Shown here: positions 38,347 through 47,872 of the stretch, piece after piece
Layout of the letters: each line of letters begins with the position of its first letter
Numbering within the stretch: the first letter of the stretch is position 1
Origin: Selaginella moellendorffii
Lineage: Eukaryota > Plantae > Lycopodiophyta
Direction: 5' to 3'
NCBI RefSeq assembly: GCF_000143415.4
Contig: NW_003314266.1
Span: forward strand, 1,200,463 to 1,264,462
Length of the DNA stretch: 64,000 nucleotides
Notes under the pieces: generated by a model
Databases searched by the model: none
Told to the model about the DNA's origin: nothing
The model's input: the letters and a program-made list of their open reading frames with translations, nothing else
Made by a program: the position numbers and the translations under genes

Positions 38347-38428
38347 GCCAGGAAATGGATTTTCTGTGAGAACATCCGAGCAATCCAGATTCTCCTGTGC
38401 AAAAATTCGAGCGCATTGTTTCCCTCTC

Positions 38429-38778
38429 TCAAATGTTCACGCTGGGATCCTCTAGACGTGGCTCCCGGCGGGCGGCTCTCCGGATTTCCTCCGCCACGGC
38501 CCTGTAATCGGCGGCCTGTGCGACGATCACAGCTGTGAGATCGATCTGGGACGCAATCTACGTACTGTGTTGAGGCCGAATGCTCCGCCCAGGAGCCCTA
38601 GGAACCCACAAGCTCCAGCTCCCACGTAGAGCGTCGCGATCCCCAGGGCCTTGCTCGCGATCGCCGCTCCGGATCCATGCGCGCCGGAATGCTTGAGCTT
38701 CCTGGCAACCAACAGCTGTGAAATCGACAATCCCGAGTAGATTGCCGGCAAACAGCACGTATCGGCGATCTTCGCCAT
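38429..38778 (-). CDS. Small two-exon membrane protein, TMEM242/DUF1358-like
   Basis: AIYSGLSISQLLVARKLK..GAAIASKALGIATLYVGAGACGFLGLLGGAFGLNT|AADYRAVAEEIRR..*; GT-AG intron at about 38515-38565; telo-box just upstream. Confidence 0.6.
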
Positions 38779-39189
38779 AGCCAGAGCTTTAGGGTTTAGC
38801 GAAGACTTTATTGACTTTGATTGACTTTGCATTGAAAGAAAACTATTAGTAAAACCATAACTTTTATGATGTTATCAATTCAACTTGTATGAAATCCTGT
38901 TGTTCTTGGCTTTGATTCCCGTGAGCTCAACTTTGAAATTGTTTGTTAAACTTTACAACAATAGACCAATTCTTTGTTTGTTTCGCCAATGTATTGCTAT
39001 ATAAATCACCTTGCACTACTATGCGTGACTTTTGTTTTGCACTTTTGTTAGAAAGAGCCCCATTTTCTCTGTCAATCAAACAAGGCTAAATAACAAAACA
39101 AGGAAAAAATTTCATCGTTGACAATAGCAACCATAATTTTCTGAAAGTGTTTCGAGCTGATTATAAAATTAATACTAACTACATCCTCC

Positions 39190-40056
39190 ATGGGGCGATT
39201 TAGTTGCATCGCCATAGTTCTCATTCTTATTTTCTCACCAGTGTGTGGAGTTTATATAGAATGGGGTGGCAGTAGTGCGCTATCGAGATCGATAGTAACC
39301 GTCATAGTTACCGCGATTAGAAATCTCATCATGGTTAGCACAAGAAGGCCTTGGATATCAACAGCCTTTAGCATTACACGAAGCATTCCTATCGGAGGAG
39401 GACACTTCGTCCATATAAGAATTTGGATCACTACCCCTCTTCGCAATGGCCTCACAGCCTTCTCTCCATTTTCTTCCCAAGTATCGGCCTTGGAAATTCG
39501 ACGCGATCTATTGGATATTCTCCGCAACATTTGGGAAGTTGTGGTTGCAGAAGGAGTCGAATTTATGAGTGCCGTGGAGGGAATCTATGGAATCGAGTAC
39601 CACCGATCTACAAATCCCCGTGACGAGCTGCTTGGCGTTAATCCCGCCGCACACTACCAAAGCGTGCTTAGCAGTGGCAGCGAGAGCGTCTCTAAGACCA
39701 ACTTAGTGAGTAACACGCCGTTTAAGTTCCTGCGTGATTCGCTAATCTCCACCAGCCTTCGTTATAAGCTGGAGATGCGAGGCGGCTGTTACGTCGCGTT
39801 GTACGACAGAGATTTCCGGGATGATATTTGGACCAGTGGGACGTACGGACTTGGCTATGGATGCTTCCTGGAGCTCGAGCCCAGTCCTAACCTGGCGATC
39901 TATGACGAAGGTGGGAAGCTCGTGAGGTATCTCTACGAATCCGGCTGTGACAAGTGCGATCGATCGTCGGCGCTGGTCGTCCAGGACGATGGGAATGTGG
40001 TGCTCTATTTGACCGACACTGGTGAGGCGATCTGGGCTACCGGAACGAATCGCTGA
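39190..40056 (+). CDS. Secreted protein: unknown N-terminal domain + GNA/bulb-type lectin (paralog 2)
   Basis: Same architecture; signal peptide, RDELL, QDDGNVVLY. Confidence 0.9.
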   Translation: MGRFSCIAIVLILIFSPVCGVYIEWGGSSALSRSIVTVIVTAIRNLIMVSTRRPWISTAFSITRSIPIGGGHFVHIRIWITTPLRNGLTAFSPFSSQVSALEIRRDLLDILRNIWEVVVAEGVEFMSAVEGIYGIEYHRSTNPRDELLGVNPAAHYQSVLSSGSESVSKTNLVSNTPFKFLRDSLISTSLRYKLEMRGGCYVALYDRDFRDDIWTSGTYGLGYGCFLELEPSPNLAIYDEGGKLVRYLYESGCDKCDRSSALVVQDDGNVVLYLTDTGEAIWATGTNR

Positions 40057-40500
40057 ACGAATTTTTATCCAGGAAATCGATTATTCATCCAGCGGCATTC
40101 CATCTCTCTTTCACCTTGTTCGTGCTCAAATCAAATGTTCACGCTGGGATCCTCTAGACGTGGCCACGGCGGCGACCTCTAGACGATCATAGCAATCTCT
40201 TGTTTTAGGGCTAAAGTTGAAGGTAGTTAGGAGATTTTTGGATCTTTGGATAATAATGTCGATGGATATTACTCTTAAAATGTCTTTAAATGCATAAACA
40301 AGACCTAGAACTCTTTGTTTTGTTGTATTGCTCGTCCATATCGCAAAAGGATACAATTACGCATGACTTTTGATTGCTAGACAAGAAGAGGAGCTCCATT
40401 TTCTCTGTGAATCAAAGAAAAGAAAACAACAAAACAAGGATTATCGTTGAAACATGTTGGGCTATAAACATGGGGTATTAATATTTGAACTACATGCTTC

Positions 40501-41373
40501 ATGGGTCGATCTAATCATCTTGACAACATCGCCATAGTTCTCATTCTTATCTTTTCACCAGTGTGTTGCGCAGTTGAAATAAAATGGGGTGGCAGTAGCG
40601 AGCTATCAAGAAACGTGGTAACGATCATATTTACTGCGATTAGAGATCTCATCCAGGCTACCACAAGAAGGCCTTGGATATCAACGGCCTTTAGCATTAC
40701 ACACAGCATTCCTATAGGAGGATACGTTGTCCGTATAAGAATTTGGATCACTGCCCCTATTCGCAATGGCCTCACAGCCTTCACTCCATTTTCTTCCCGA
40801 GAATCGGCCTTGGAAATTCGACGCCAATTCTACGATATTCTCTACCGCATTTGGGCACTTGTGGTCGCCGAAGGCGTGGAATACATGACTGCCGTGGAGG
40901 GAACCTATGGAATCGAGTACCACCGCAGAAATTCCCGCGACGAGCTGCTTAGTTTTCAGCCCGCAACTCTCTCCCAAAGCGTGGCTAGCAGTGGCAGCGA
41001 GAGCGTCTCTAAGGCCAACTTAGTGAGTAACACGCCGTTTAAGTACCTGCGCGATTCGCTAATCTCCACCTGCCTTCGCTATAAGCTGGAGATGCGAGGC
41101 GGCTGTTACGTCGCGTTGTACGACAAAGATTTGCGCGACGATATTTGGACCAGTGGCACGTACGGACTTGGCTATGGATGCTTCGTGGAGCTCGAGCCCA
41201 GCCCTAACCTGGCGATCTATGACGAAGGTGGGAAGCTTGTGAGGTATCTCTACCAATCGGGCTGCGATAACTGCGATCAATCATCAGCGCTTGTCGTCCA
41301 GGACGATGGGAATGTGGTGCTCTATCTGACCGACACTGGGGAGGCGATCTGGGCTACCGGGACCAATCGCTGA
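40501..41373 (+). CDS. Secreted protein: unknown N-terminal domain + GNA/bulb-type lectin (paralog 3)
   Basis: Same architecture; signal peptide, RDELL, QDDGNVVLY. Confidence 0.9.
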   Translation: MGRSNHLDNIAIVLILIFSPVCCAVEIKWGGSSELSRNVVTIIFTAIRDLIQATTRRPWISTAFSITHSIPIGGYVVRIRIWITAPIRNGLTAFTPFSSRESALEIRRQFYDILYRIWALVVAEGVEYMTAVEGTYGIEYHRRNSRDELLSFQPATLSQSVASSGSESVSKANLVSNTPFKYLRDSLISTCLRYKLEMRGGCYVALYDKDLRDDIWTSGTYGLGYGCFVELEPSPNLAIYDEGGKLVRYLYQSGCDNCDQSSALVVQDDGNVVLYLTDTGEAIWATGTNR

Positions 41374-41464
41374 GAAATCTAAGCTTCTAAAATTCGAGAA
41401 ATCGTTTTAAGTCCCAATGTCTCAATTAGGATTTAGGGTTTATGGTTTCTAGGGCAGAAGAAGA

Positions 41465-42202
41465 ATGGCGCACTCTCTCCGCCTGATCGCGCGGCGCGGC
41501 GCGCAATGCCGGGGCAGGACGAATGCGCTTGGCAGCGGCGGCGCCGGATCCTTGCTCCGCCGGGATTTCCATGTAAGCGCCCCGAGCTCCAACAACTTCC
41601 TCCTCAACAGCCTCTTCCGCTTTGGCGGCCAGTCCTACCAGCAGCAGCAGCAGCAGCAGCAGCAGGCCGCGGCGGAGGCGCCGCCGCCCAAGGAGGAGCG
41701 GCGCGCGCGCAAGCCCCGCGAATACATGGAGCGATCGGCCGACACGCTCTCCTATGTCAAGGACCTCAACATCAAGCAGCGCCTCATGGTGAAGAAGTTT
41801 ATGAACTCGTGCATGCGCCAGGGGAAGAAGACCAAGGCCCGGACGATGTGCTTCAAGGCGTTTGAGCGCCTGGCGAACCACGGCGACGTTCTCCACATCC
41901 TGGAGACCGCGGTGGAGAATGTGAAGCCGATCTGCGAGGTCCGGAGGGTGCGCGTCGCCGGGAGCACGCACAACGTCCCCGCGGCCATCCCGCTCCACCG
42001 GCAGCAGAGCCTGTCCATGCGCTGGATCGTCCAGGCGGCCAGGAACCGGTTCAAGGCCAAGAAGAAGATGGGCATGCCCAAGGCGCTGGCGGACGAGCTG
42101 CTGGATGCGTCCAAGAGAAGCGGCGCGGCGAGGAAGAAGCGGGATGATCTCCACCGGCTGGCCGAGGCGAACAGGACGTTGGCGCACTATCGGTGGTGGT
42201 GA
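41465..42202 (+). CDS. RPS7: Nucleus-encoded mitochondrial ribosomal protein S7 (uS7m)
   Basis: Arg-rich presequence, poly-Q from (CAG)9, KKFMNSCMRQGKKTKA, AVENVKPICEVRRVRVAG, LHRLAEANRTLAHYRWW*. Confidence 0.93.
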   Translation: MAHSLRLIARRGAQCRGRTNALGSGGAGSLLRRDFHVSAPSSNNFLLNSLFRFGGQSYQQQQQQQQQAAAEAPPPKEERRARKPREYMERSADTLSYVKDLNIKQRLMVKKFMNSCMRQGKKTKARTMCFKAFERLANHGDVLHILETAVENVKPICEVRRVRVAGSTHNVPAAIPLHRQQSLSMRWIVQAARNRFKAKKKMGMPKALADELLDASKRSGAARKKRDDLHRLAEANRTLAHYRWW

Positions 42203-42289
42203 CGGTCGATCCAAAGCTTGACAATCCAAAAGCTGGTGGGTTCATCCATCCAGAAGTTCTGGTTGACACAGCTCTCCTTTCTCTGAGAT

Positions 42290-42730
42290 CACATTTTCAC
42301 CGTTTTGGCCGACAATTGGAAGAAAAACTTGTTTCGTTCTTGCTATATACCACAACACCTCCCTCCACGACATGCTGCGTGTGCTTCATCTTCAAGAATC
42401 CTCCAACTTTTCTCACATCTCTTGCTGTGCAAAAGAGCTTCACTTCTATGTTCTAGGAGCAATCCTGCCAAATCGCAGCCAACTCTTTTATGTGCTCCAT
42501 CTCAACATAGCAAGTGGCAACGCAACCATGTCTCCTAAAATACAAATGCACGAGCAGCTCTTTAGCACTGCTCCTCCTGGCCCGGAAAGATTGATCATCC
42601 TGTCAATCGAAAGCTTGAAATTAAGAATCACAGACTATTTGTGGTGTCAAACCCGCCAGATATCCTGCTACAAATACCGCGTCTCTAGGAGGATCAAGCT
42701 CTTGTTTTTGAGCTCGTCAAGCTCGAGGTA
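42290..42730 (-). pseudogene. Heavily deleted paralog of the NERD-domain gene
   Basis: EVKLFCTARDVRKVGGFLKMKH and CYVEMEH segments plus 3' flank match 45900-46330. Confidence 0.8.
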
Positions 42731-42739
42731 CTAGCGGCT

Positions 42740-43069
42740 ATGGCGATGGTGCTGATAACTGGCTGTGCAGAGGGTGGAATCTGCGGATTCAAAGTTTATG
42801 CCGCCGTGCAAAGCTTGCGAGCTCTAAACGCTTCAGCTGGACGTGATGAGCGACGAGTCCGTGCCATCCTCCGAGGATGTACAGCAGCCGAGCTTTGCTT
42901 TCCAAGTAAACTTCTTGAGGATGTTCCAGGCAGTGGTTCCCAACATGGCGGAGCAAAGGCAGGGCCGGATCATCAACGTCGGCAGGATGTTCGTTGCTTG
43001 GAGCTGGCGCCACTGGGGATCCAGATGGTGTTGATTGTCCCCGGCTCCCAGCTTGGAGCTATGGCCTAG
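42740..43069 (+). pseudogene. Short-chain dehydrogenase/reductase remnant
   Basis: VLITGCAEGGI (TGxxxGIG-like), FQVNF.RMFQAVVPNMAEQRQGRIINVG and ELAPLGIQMVLIVPG in shifted frames; YxxxK segment deleted. Confidence 0.85.
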
Positions 43070-44484
43070 TGGAAGCTCATTGCCGAGTGCTGTTGTATTA
43101 GAATAAGACGTATATTTTATTTTGTACTTTTAAATACAAATAATATAGTAATTTATGGCATGATAAGGCCTAAATAAAAGGGTTGTGCATTCTACCTGAT
43201 ATATCTTTCTTGCAGCGCTTCCACTGGTTTGTCTGGCATGCATTTTGATTTCAAGATTGATCTCTTGAGTTTGAATTTCTTGAGCTCTGCAGGCCTCCTA
43301 CCCTAAAACCTCCATGGCTAAGATCTCTCTGGAATCAAATTGATTTGCATCTCAGACATGGTATCCTTGTCAGCCAATGCCCCCCACGGACTTTGCAAGC
43401 AGCATTTCACCATCTCTGATTAGGGAACCCATTTTATACTGTCCAGCAGCAAAAAGGCAACTGATCGGTACGAAATGTGAAATATGGAGCCGAAATCAAT
43501 CAAGAGCGTCTCATGATGCCTTCTTTGTGGCGGCCAGAAGAAGCTTGGCAGCACACAAGAATACTTTTGAGCATGGCTGGCCACCTATGTGGGTGTTCAT
43601 GACACCACAAAGTTCCTCGAGAGCCAATCGTTCAAACCTCCACACAAAAAATTTCCATGCATCTTTTTAGACATTCCCAAGATTCTGGGTTTCTAATTTC
43701 TGGTTCCATGCTCCACAAACATTTGATGTTGCTCTTCACCTTTAATAGCTTACAACCTCAACATAGGAACCACAGATTCTTATTGTTCTGGGTAGCTCCC
43801 ACGACAGTTACCAAGATTTCGTTGAAGGGTTTAAGTTATGAGATTGGAGTTGCCATTCTTGATGATGGTATGGGTTTGTTTACATAAGTTTGCATAAATG
43901 ACATCTCCTATCTTTGTGCAATTGATCTTTTCATCAAGTGAGTAGTAAAATACATTAATGACTTTGTGGAGTGGGAAAAGGAGGGTATGAGTCTGTGTGA
44001 GAGATTTTCACTCTTATGATTTATCCTTTATGTATAGATAGGGTGTGAGAAAAAATATATGTAAAAAAAGGTTTCTTGGAAGATTTCTATAACATGGTTA
44101 AGTCCAATAAACTATTGAAATGCCAAAAATTTATGCACTTAATTAGGAACATGAGAAATTGATAAAGCTAATATTTTACCACAAGAACAACACAATTCAC
44201 TTGCTCAGAAAAACTATTACAATCAATGCCCACTTTTGCACTCCAATCATTTGTAGTTACTTTTTCACCAATTGATTGCTAACTAAATTAAGTGTGAGAA
44301 ATGACACTCGTGAGAGCAATTGATGCACCATGCTTTACATTAGGGTGTATTACAATCAAAATATGAGGTAGAACTGCATGAAATGAGAGACAAATACATT
44401 TAACATCATGTTGTTTGAGATCACAGGGCATCAAGTCTTGAGTGGGAGTTTAATCCATGGCATATCCTATATGACAAAAATATT

Positions 44485-44489
<5 letters not shown>

Positions 44490-44523
<34 letters not shown>
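44490..44523. repeat. (TA)17 microsatellite
   Basis: Perfect TA run. Confidence 0.97.
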
Positions 44524-44528
<5 letters not shown>

Positions 44529-45956
44529 TAATCACATTTTAATTGGTTTTATAGCCAATTAAAAATTAATTTTATAAAATTAATTTAAAAACTAATTAAA
44601 AAGTGATTTGTGTGCATAATATTTTTGCATAGAACTCAAAACAAAAATTATATCCACACATGTATATATATAATGCTCCAATGTGCAATCACATATTCAA
44701 TGTTATACCATTTGCCTTTTTCTATTTTATTATCTACACAACCATCCTTATTCGCAGCAATTACCAAACTTTGTGTATTAGGATCAATTCTTTCCCCTCC
44801 AAATAAGTTCAACTATTCCATCCAACATTTGGAAAGGTACTTTATGCCATACTCAAAGTATCCATCTGTATCAAAAGCATTTGTAGACACAATATCCCCT
44901 ATATCTAAAGTCACAGGTATTTTTATCATAGACAATGAAAATTATTTATGGTAATAGTCAAATTTGAAGAAATTGTTTTCTCCTAATTGATTTCAAAGCA
45001 CCAACAAGGAATTCTTGCAAAACTAAGTGATTATATGCTCCACAAGTCACTGTACCTTTCATTGTGATAAGAGATATGTTTCAAGTCACTGCAGCACGGA
45101 ACCAAACACTCTCAATCCTGTATTCTTCCATGGCTGCAACTCTTTTCTGTTTTGCTATTTAAAAATAACCAATATTATGCTCTGTTACATTTTACTAAAT
45201 TATTACCCAGTTTACTCAAACTCATCAAATCCTTCTTTATTCTCTTTCGAATCTTTTTTTCTCTAGAACTGTAAAAGTCTTCTTCCCAAAAACATCTTTG
45301 CATAGAAATGGTATCACCCATCAGCTCGTTTTCCACATAGCATTTCCTTCACTGCCTACTAGTGATGTACACATCACATCTCCTCTCCAAGCATTCTCCA
45401 CAATACGTTGATCTCATGCTTTAGACTTAACATCCATCAAAATCTGTGGGCCGTCCAAAGCTGTTCAAAACACCTCCTGGTCCAGCCACTGCGCAAGGAC
45501 TGACTGTCACTCTTGATTCTTCTTTCGATTGACAGGATGACCAAGTCCAGCCCAGTGGATGAAATTTTATATCAGCCAGAAGTTCTTAAACAACAAAACA
45601 AAGAAAAATGTCATCATTGACTATTGGTGGGATCCAAAGTTTTGTGTCAGCTTGGTGGTGGTGGATCCGTTGATGATCATCCAAAAGCTCTTGATGGTGG
45701 ATTCATTCATCAACGTTACGGTTCCTAGGTCACGACTCATGAGGGTTGAAAGTTTGAATCAAACTTCTCAACTAGTGGATCTGCCTTCCCCTTTTTGCTG
45801 GATGAAGATGGATGAAGATGGGCAGCTTTTCCAGCGATTCGGGATCCAGGCCGAAGTGTCCGTCTTCTTGCTTTCACCAGAAAAGAGAACCAAGACACTG
45901 GGACGATTGGAAGAAAAACTGTTTTTGTTCGCTCTATATACTGCAACGTAATACTA

Positions 45957-47382
45957 TCAAACGCTCAAAGACAAGCCGGAGACACTGTTTACCAGGAAGC
46001 TCTCGGGTTTGCTGCTCCCAACAACACGGAAAACTATCTCCAAATCCGGCCTCACTCTCACCTCCAAGACTTGCTGGGCGTGCTTCCTCTTCAAAAATCC
46101 TCCAACTTCTCTCACATCTCTCGCTGTGCATAAGAGCTTCACTTCCATGTTCATCCCAAATAGAAATCCTGCCACAGTGAAAGATAAAACTGTTAGCTCT
46201 AGAAACTCGATCTACAAAGCCAAGAAGACTTGACACTCTTCTAGAGAAACGGAAAGTGGTAAAAAAACCAATCCAGAGCGTACCAATTGTGTTTCGCAGC
46301 CAACTCCTTACATGCTGCATCTCCACATAACAAGTGTTGGAACGCTTCACGTTTTGCAAGGCAAGCATGTCCTCGGGCCGACCCCTGAAATACATGAAGT
46401 CTCCCACAACAATCCGGCCTCCCTCGAGATACAATCTTGAAACAGGCAAAACTTCCGTGTTAGAAAAACCATATGAAAACAAGTAGAAGAAAGGAAATTA
46501 TTTCTTACTTGTCCCAAGTTGGCGCGGTGCTGAGGATGTACTTGAGCTGCTCGTATGTCGTGTCCTTGCCGTTCAAAGTCGTCAAGATACTCCTGAACCA
46601 GCTCTCCTGGCTCACCTCCTGGTCCAGGAAAGATTGCCACTGCTCCGAGGTGAGAACTTCTGGCTGATACAAAATTTCATCCACTGGGCTGGACTCGGCC
46701 CGTCAGTCAAAAGCTAGGATCAAAGAGTGAAAGTACCTGCAGTCTGGATTGATCAAAAAGACTTTATAGTCGATAAAATCCGTGGGGAGTTTGACACCCC
46801 TTCTCGCAATGTATGCCTCGAGCAGTGATGCGCGGAACTTGGTGTCCTCAACCTACGCATAATAGAGTTTAGTGTAAGAAAACTTGTCCAAGTGAAAAAG
46901 AAAAACCAAAGAACTTACAACATCTGGCAGTGTATGCGTGGTGCCATTTCTCCTAATCTGACACCAGCTCCCATCGCGCTGGATTTTCACAGTCCCAGCC
47001 CAGTTTTTCACTTCAATCACATAAATCTTCCTGGAAAGAGATCAAGTCATCAAAGAAGCAACAAAGAAAAACTTTACTTCTTGGTGAGTATGACCAGATC
47101 AATCTCTCTCCGACCCTTGCGCTCGCTGTCAGGCACCCGCAGCGACTGGAAGACCAGCGCGCCAGACACGCCTTGGAATCTACATGCGCGCCGTGAAGAA
47201 CGATCCACAACAAAAAAGAAAAAGAATCTCACTCACAGCAGCGCTACTTCGAGCTCGCCTAGCCGCCCCGCCCTGTCTGATTCGTTCTCGGATTCCCTCT
47301 GGGGCCGGGACACATCGCGAATCTGCCGGACTCCAGCCAGAAAATGGATCGCTGTGGCCGCCAAAGTGCGCAGAACTTCCAT
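45957..47382 (-). CDS. NERD (nuclease-related domain) protein, multi-exon
   Basis: AGRLGELEVA|..QSLRVPDSERKGRREIDLVILTK|KIYVIEVKNWAG..|..LEAYIARRGVKLP|..ILSTAPTWDK|LYLEGGRIVVGDF..|..VRVRPDLEIVF..SLSV*; GT-AG introns. Confidence 0.85.
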
Positions 47383-47872
47383 GAAAATTCCTCCACATTG
47401 CAAGAACCCTAAAATCCATGGCGAAGAGGCGGGCTCGACGCTTGGAATTCGAGCCCGGGACCTCCAGAATTCCAATCACTGTTGGGCACGTGTCGAAGCT
47501 ACCAGCCCAATTGGCAGTACACGGTTAGCTCATTTTTGTGTAATCTGGACTCATCCACCACGTGGCAGAATCATCATTTGTCCCCGTTCACACGGCTATC
47601 TGGGCCCCGAAACTTATCATACTGGCGAGCGCTTAAGCGTAATATAATCGGATTTTCCGTTGTTCTTCGTTCTCCCTTGTGGCGTCCTCCGGCTAGGGCG
47701 CTGTGGATTGCGAGGGCGCGCGCGTCGCGGCTAGAGCACAGGCCGGGCATAATGCGATCCAGAAGTGGCTAGGCGATCGCGCGAGTTTCTTGGTCGATCA
47801 TTCCACAAGGTATTAGGGTTCTACCGCAGATTGCTCTAGGCGGTGTTAATTGGAATTTTCTTAGCAGAAGCT

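Noticed and set aside
43100-45500. Possible transposase or gene remnants in the AT-rich block
   Set aside because: Frames are full of stops and I could not recognise any domain or terminal repeat.
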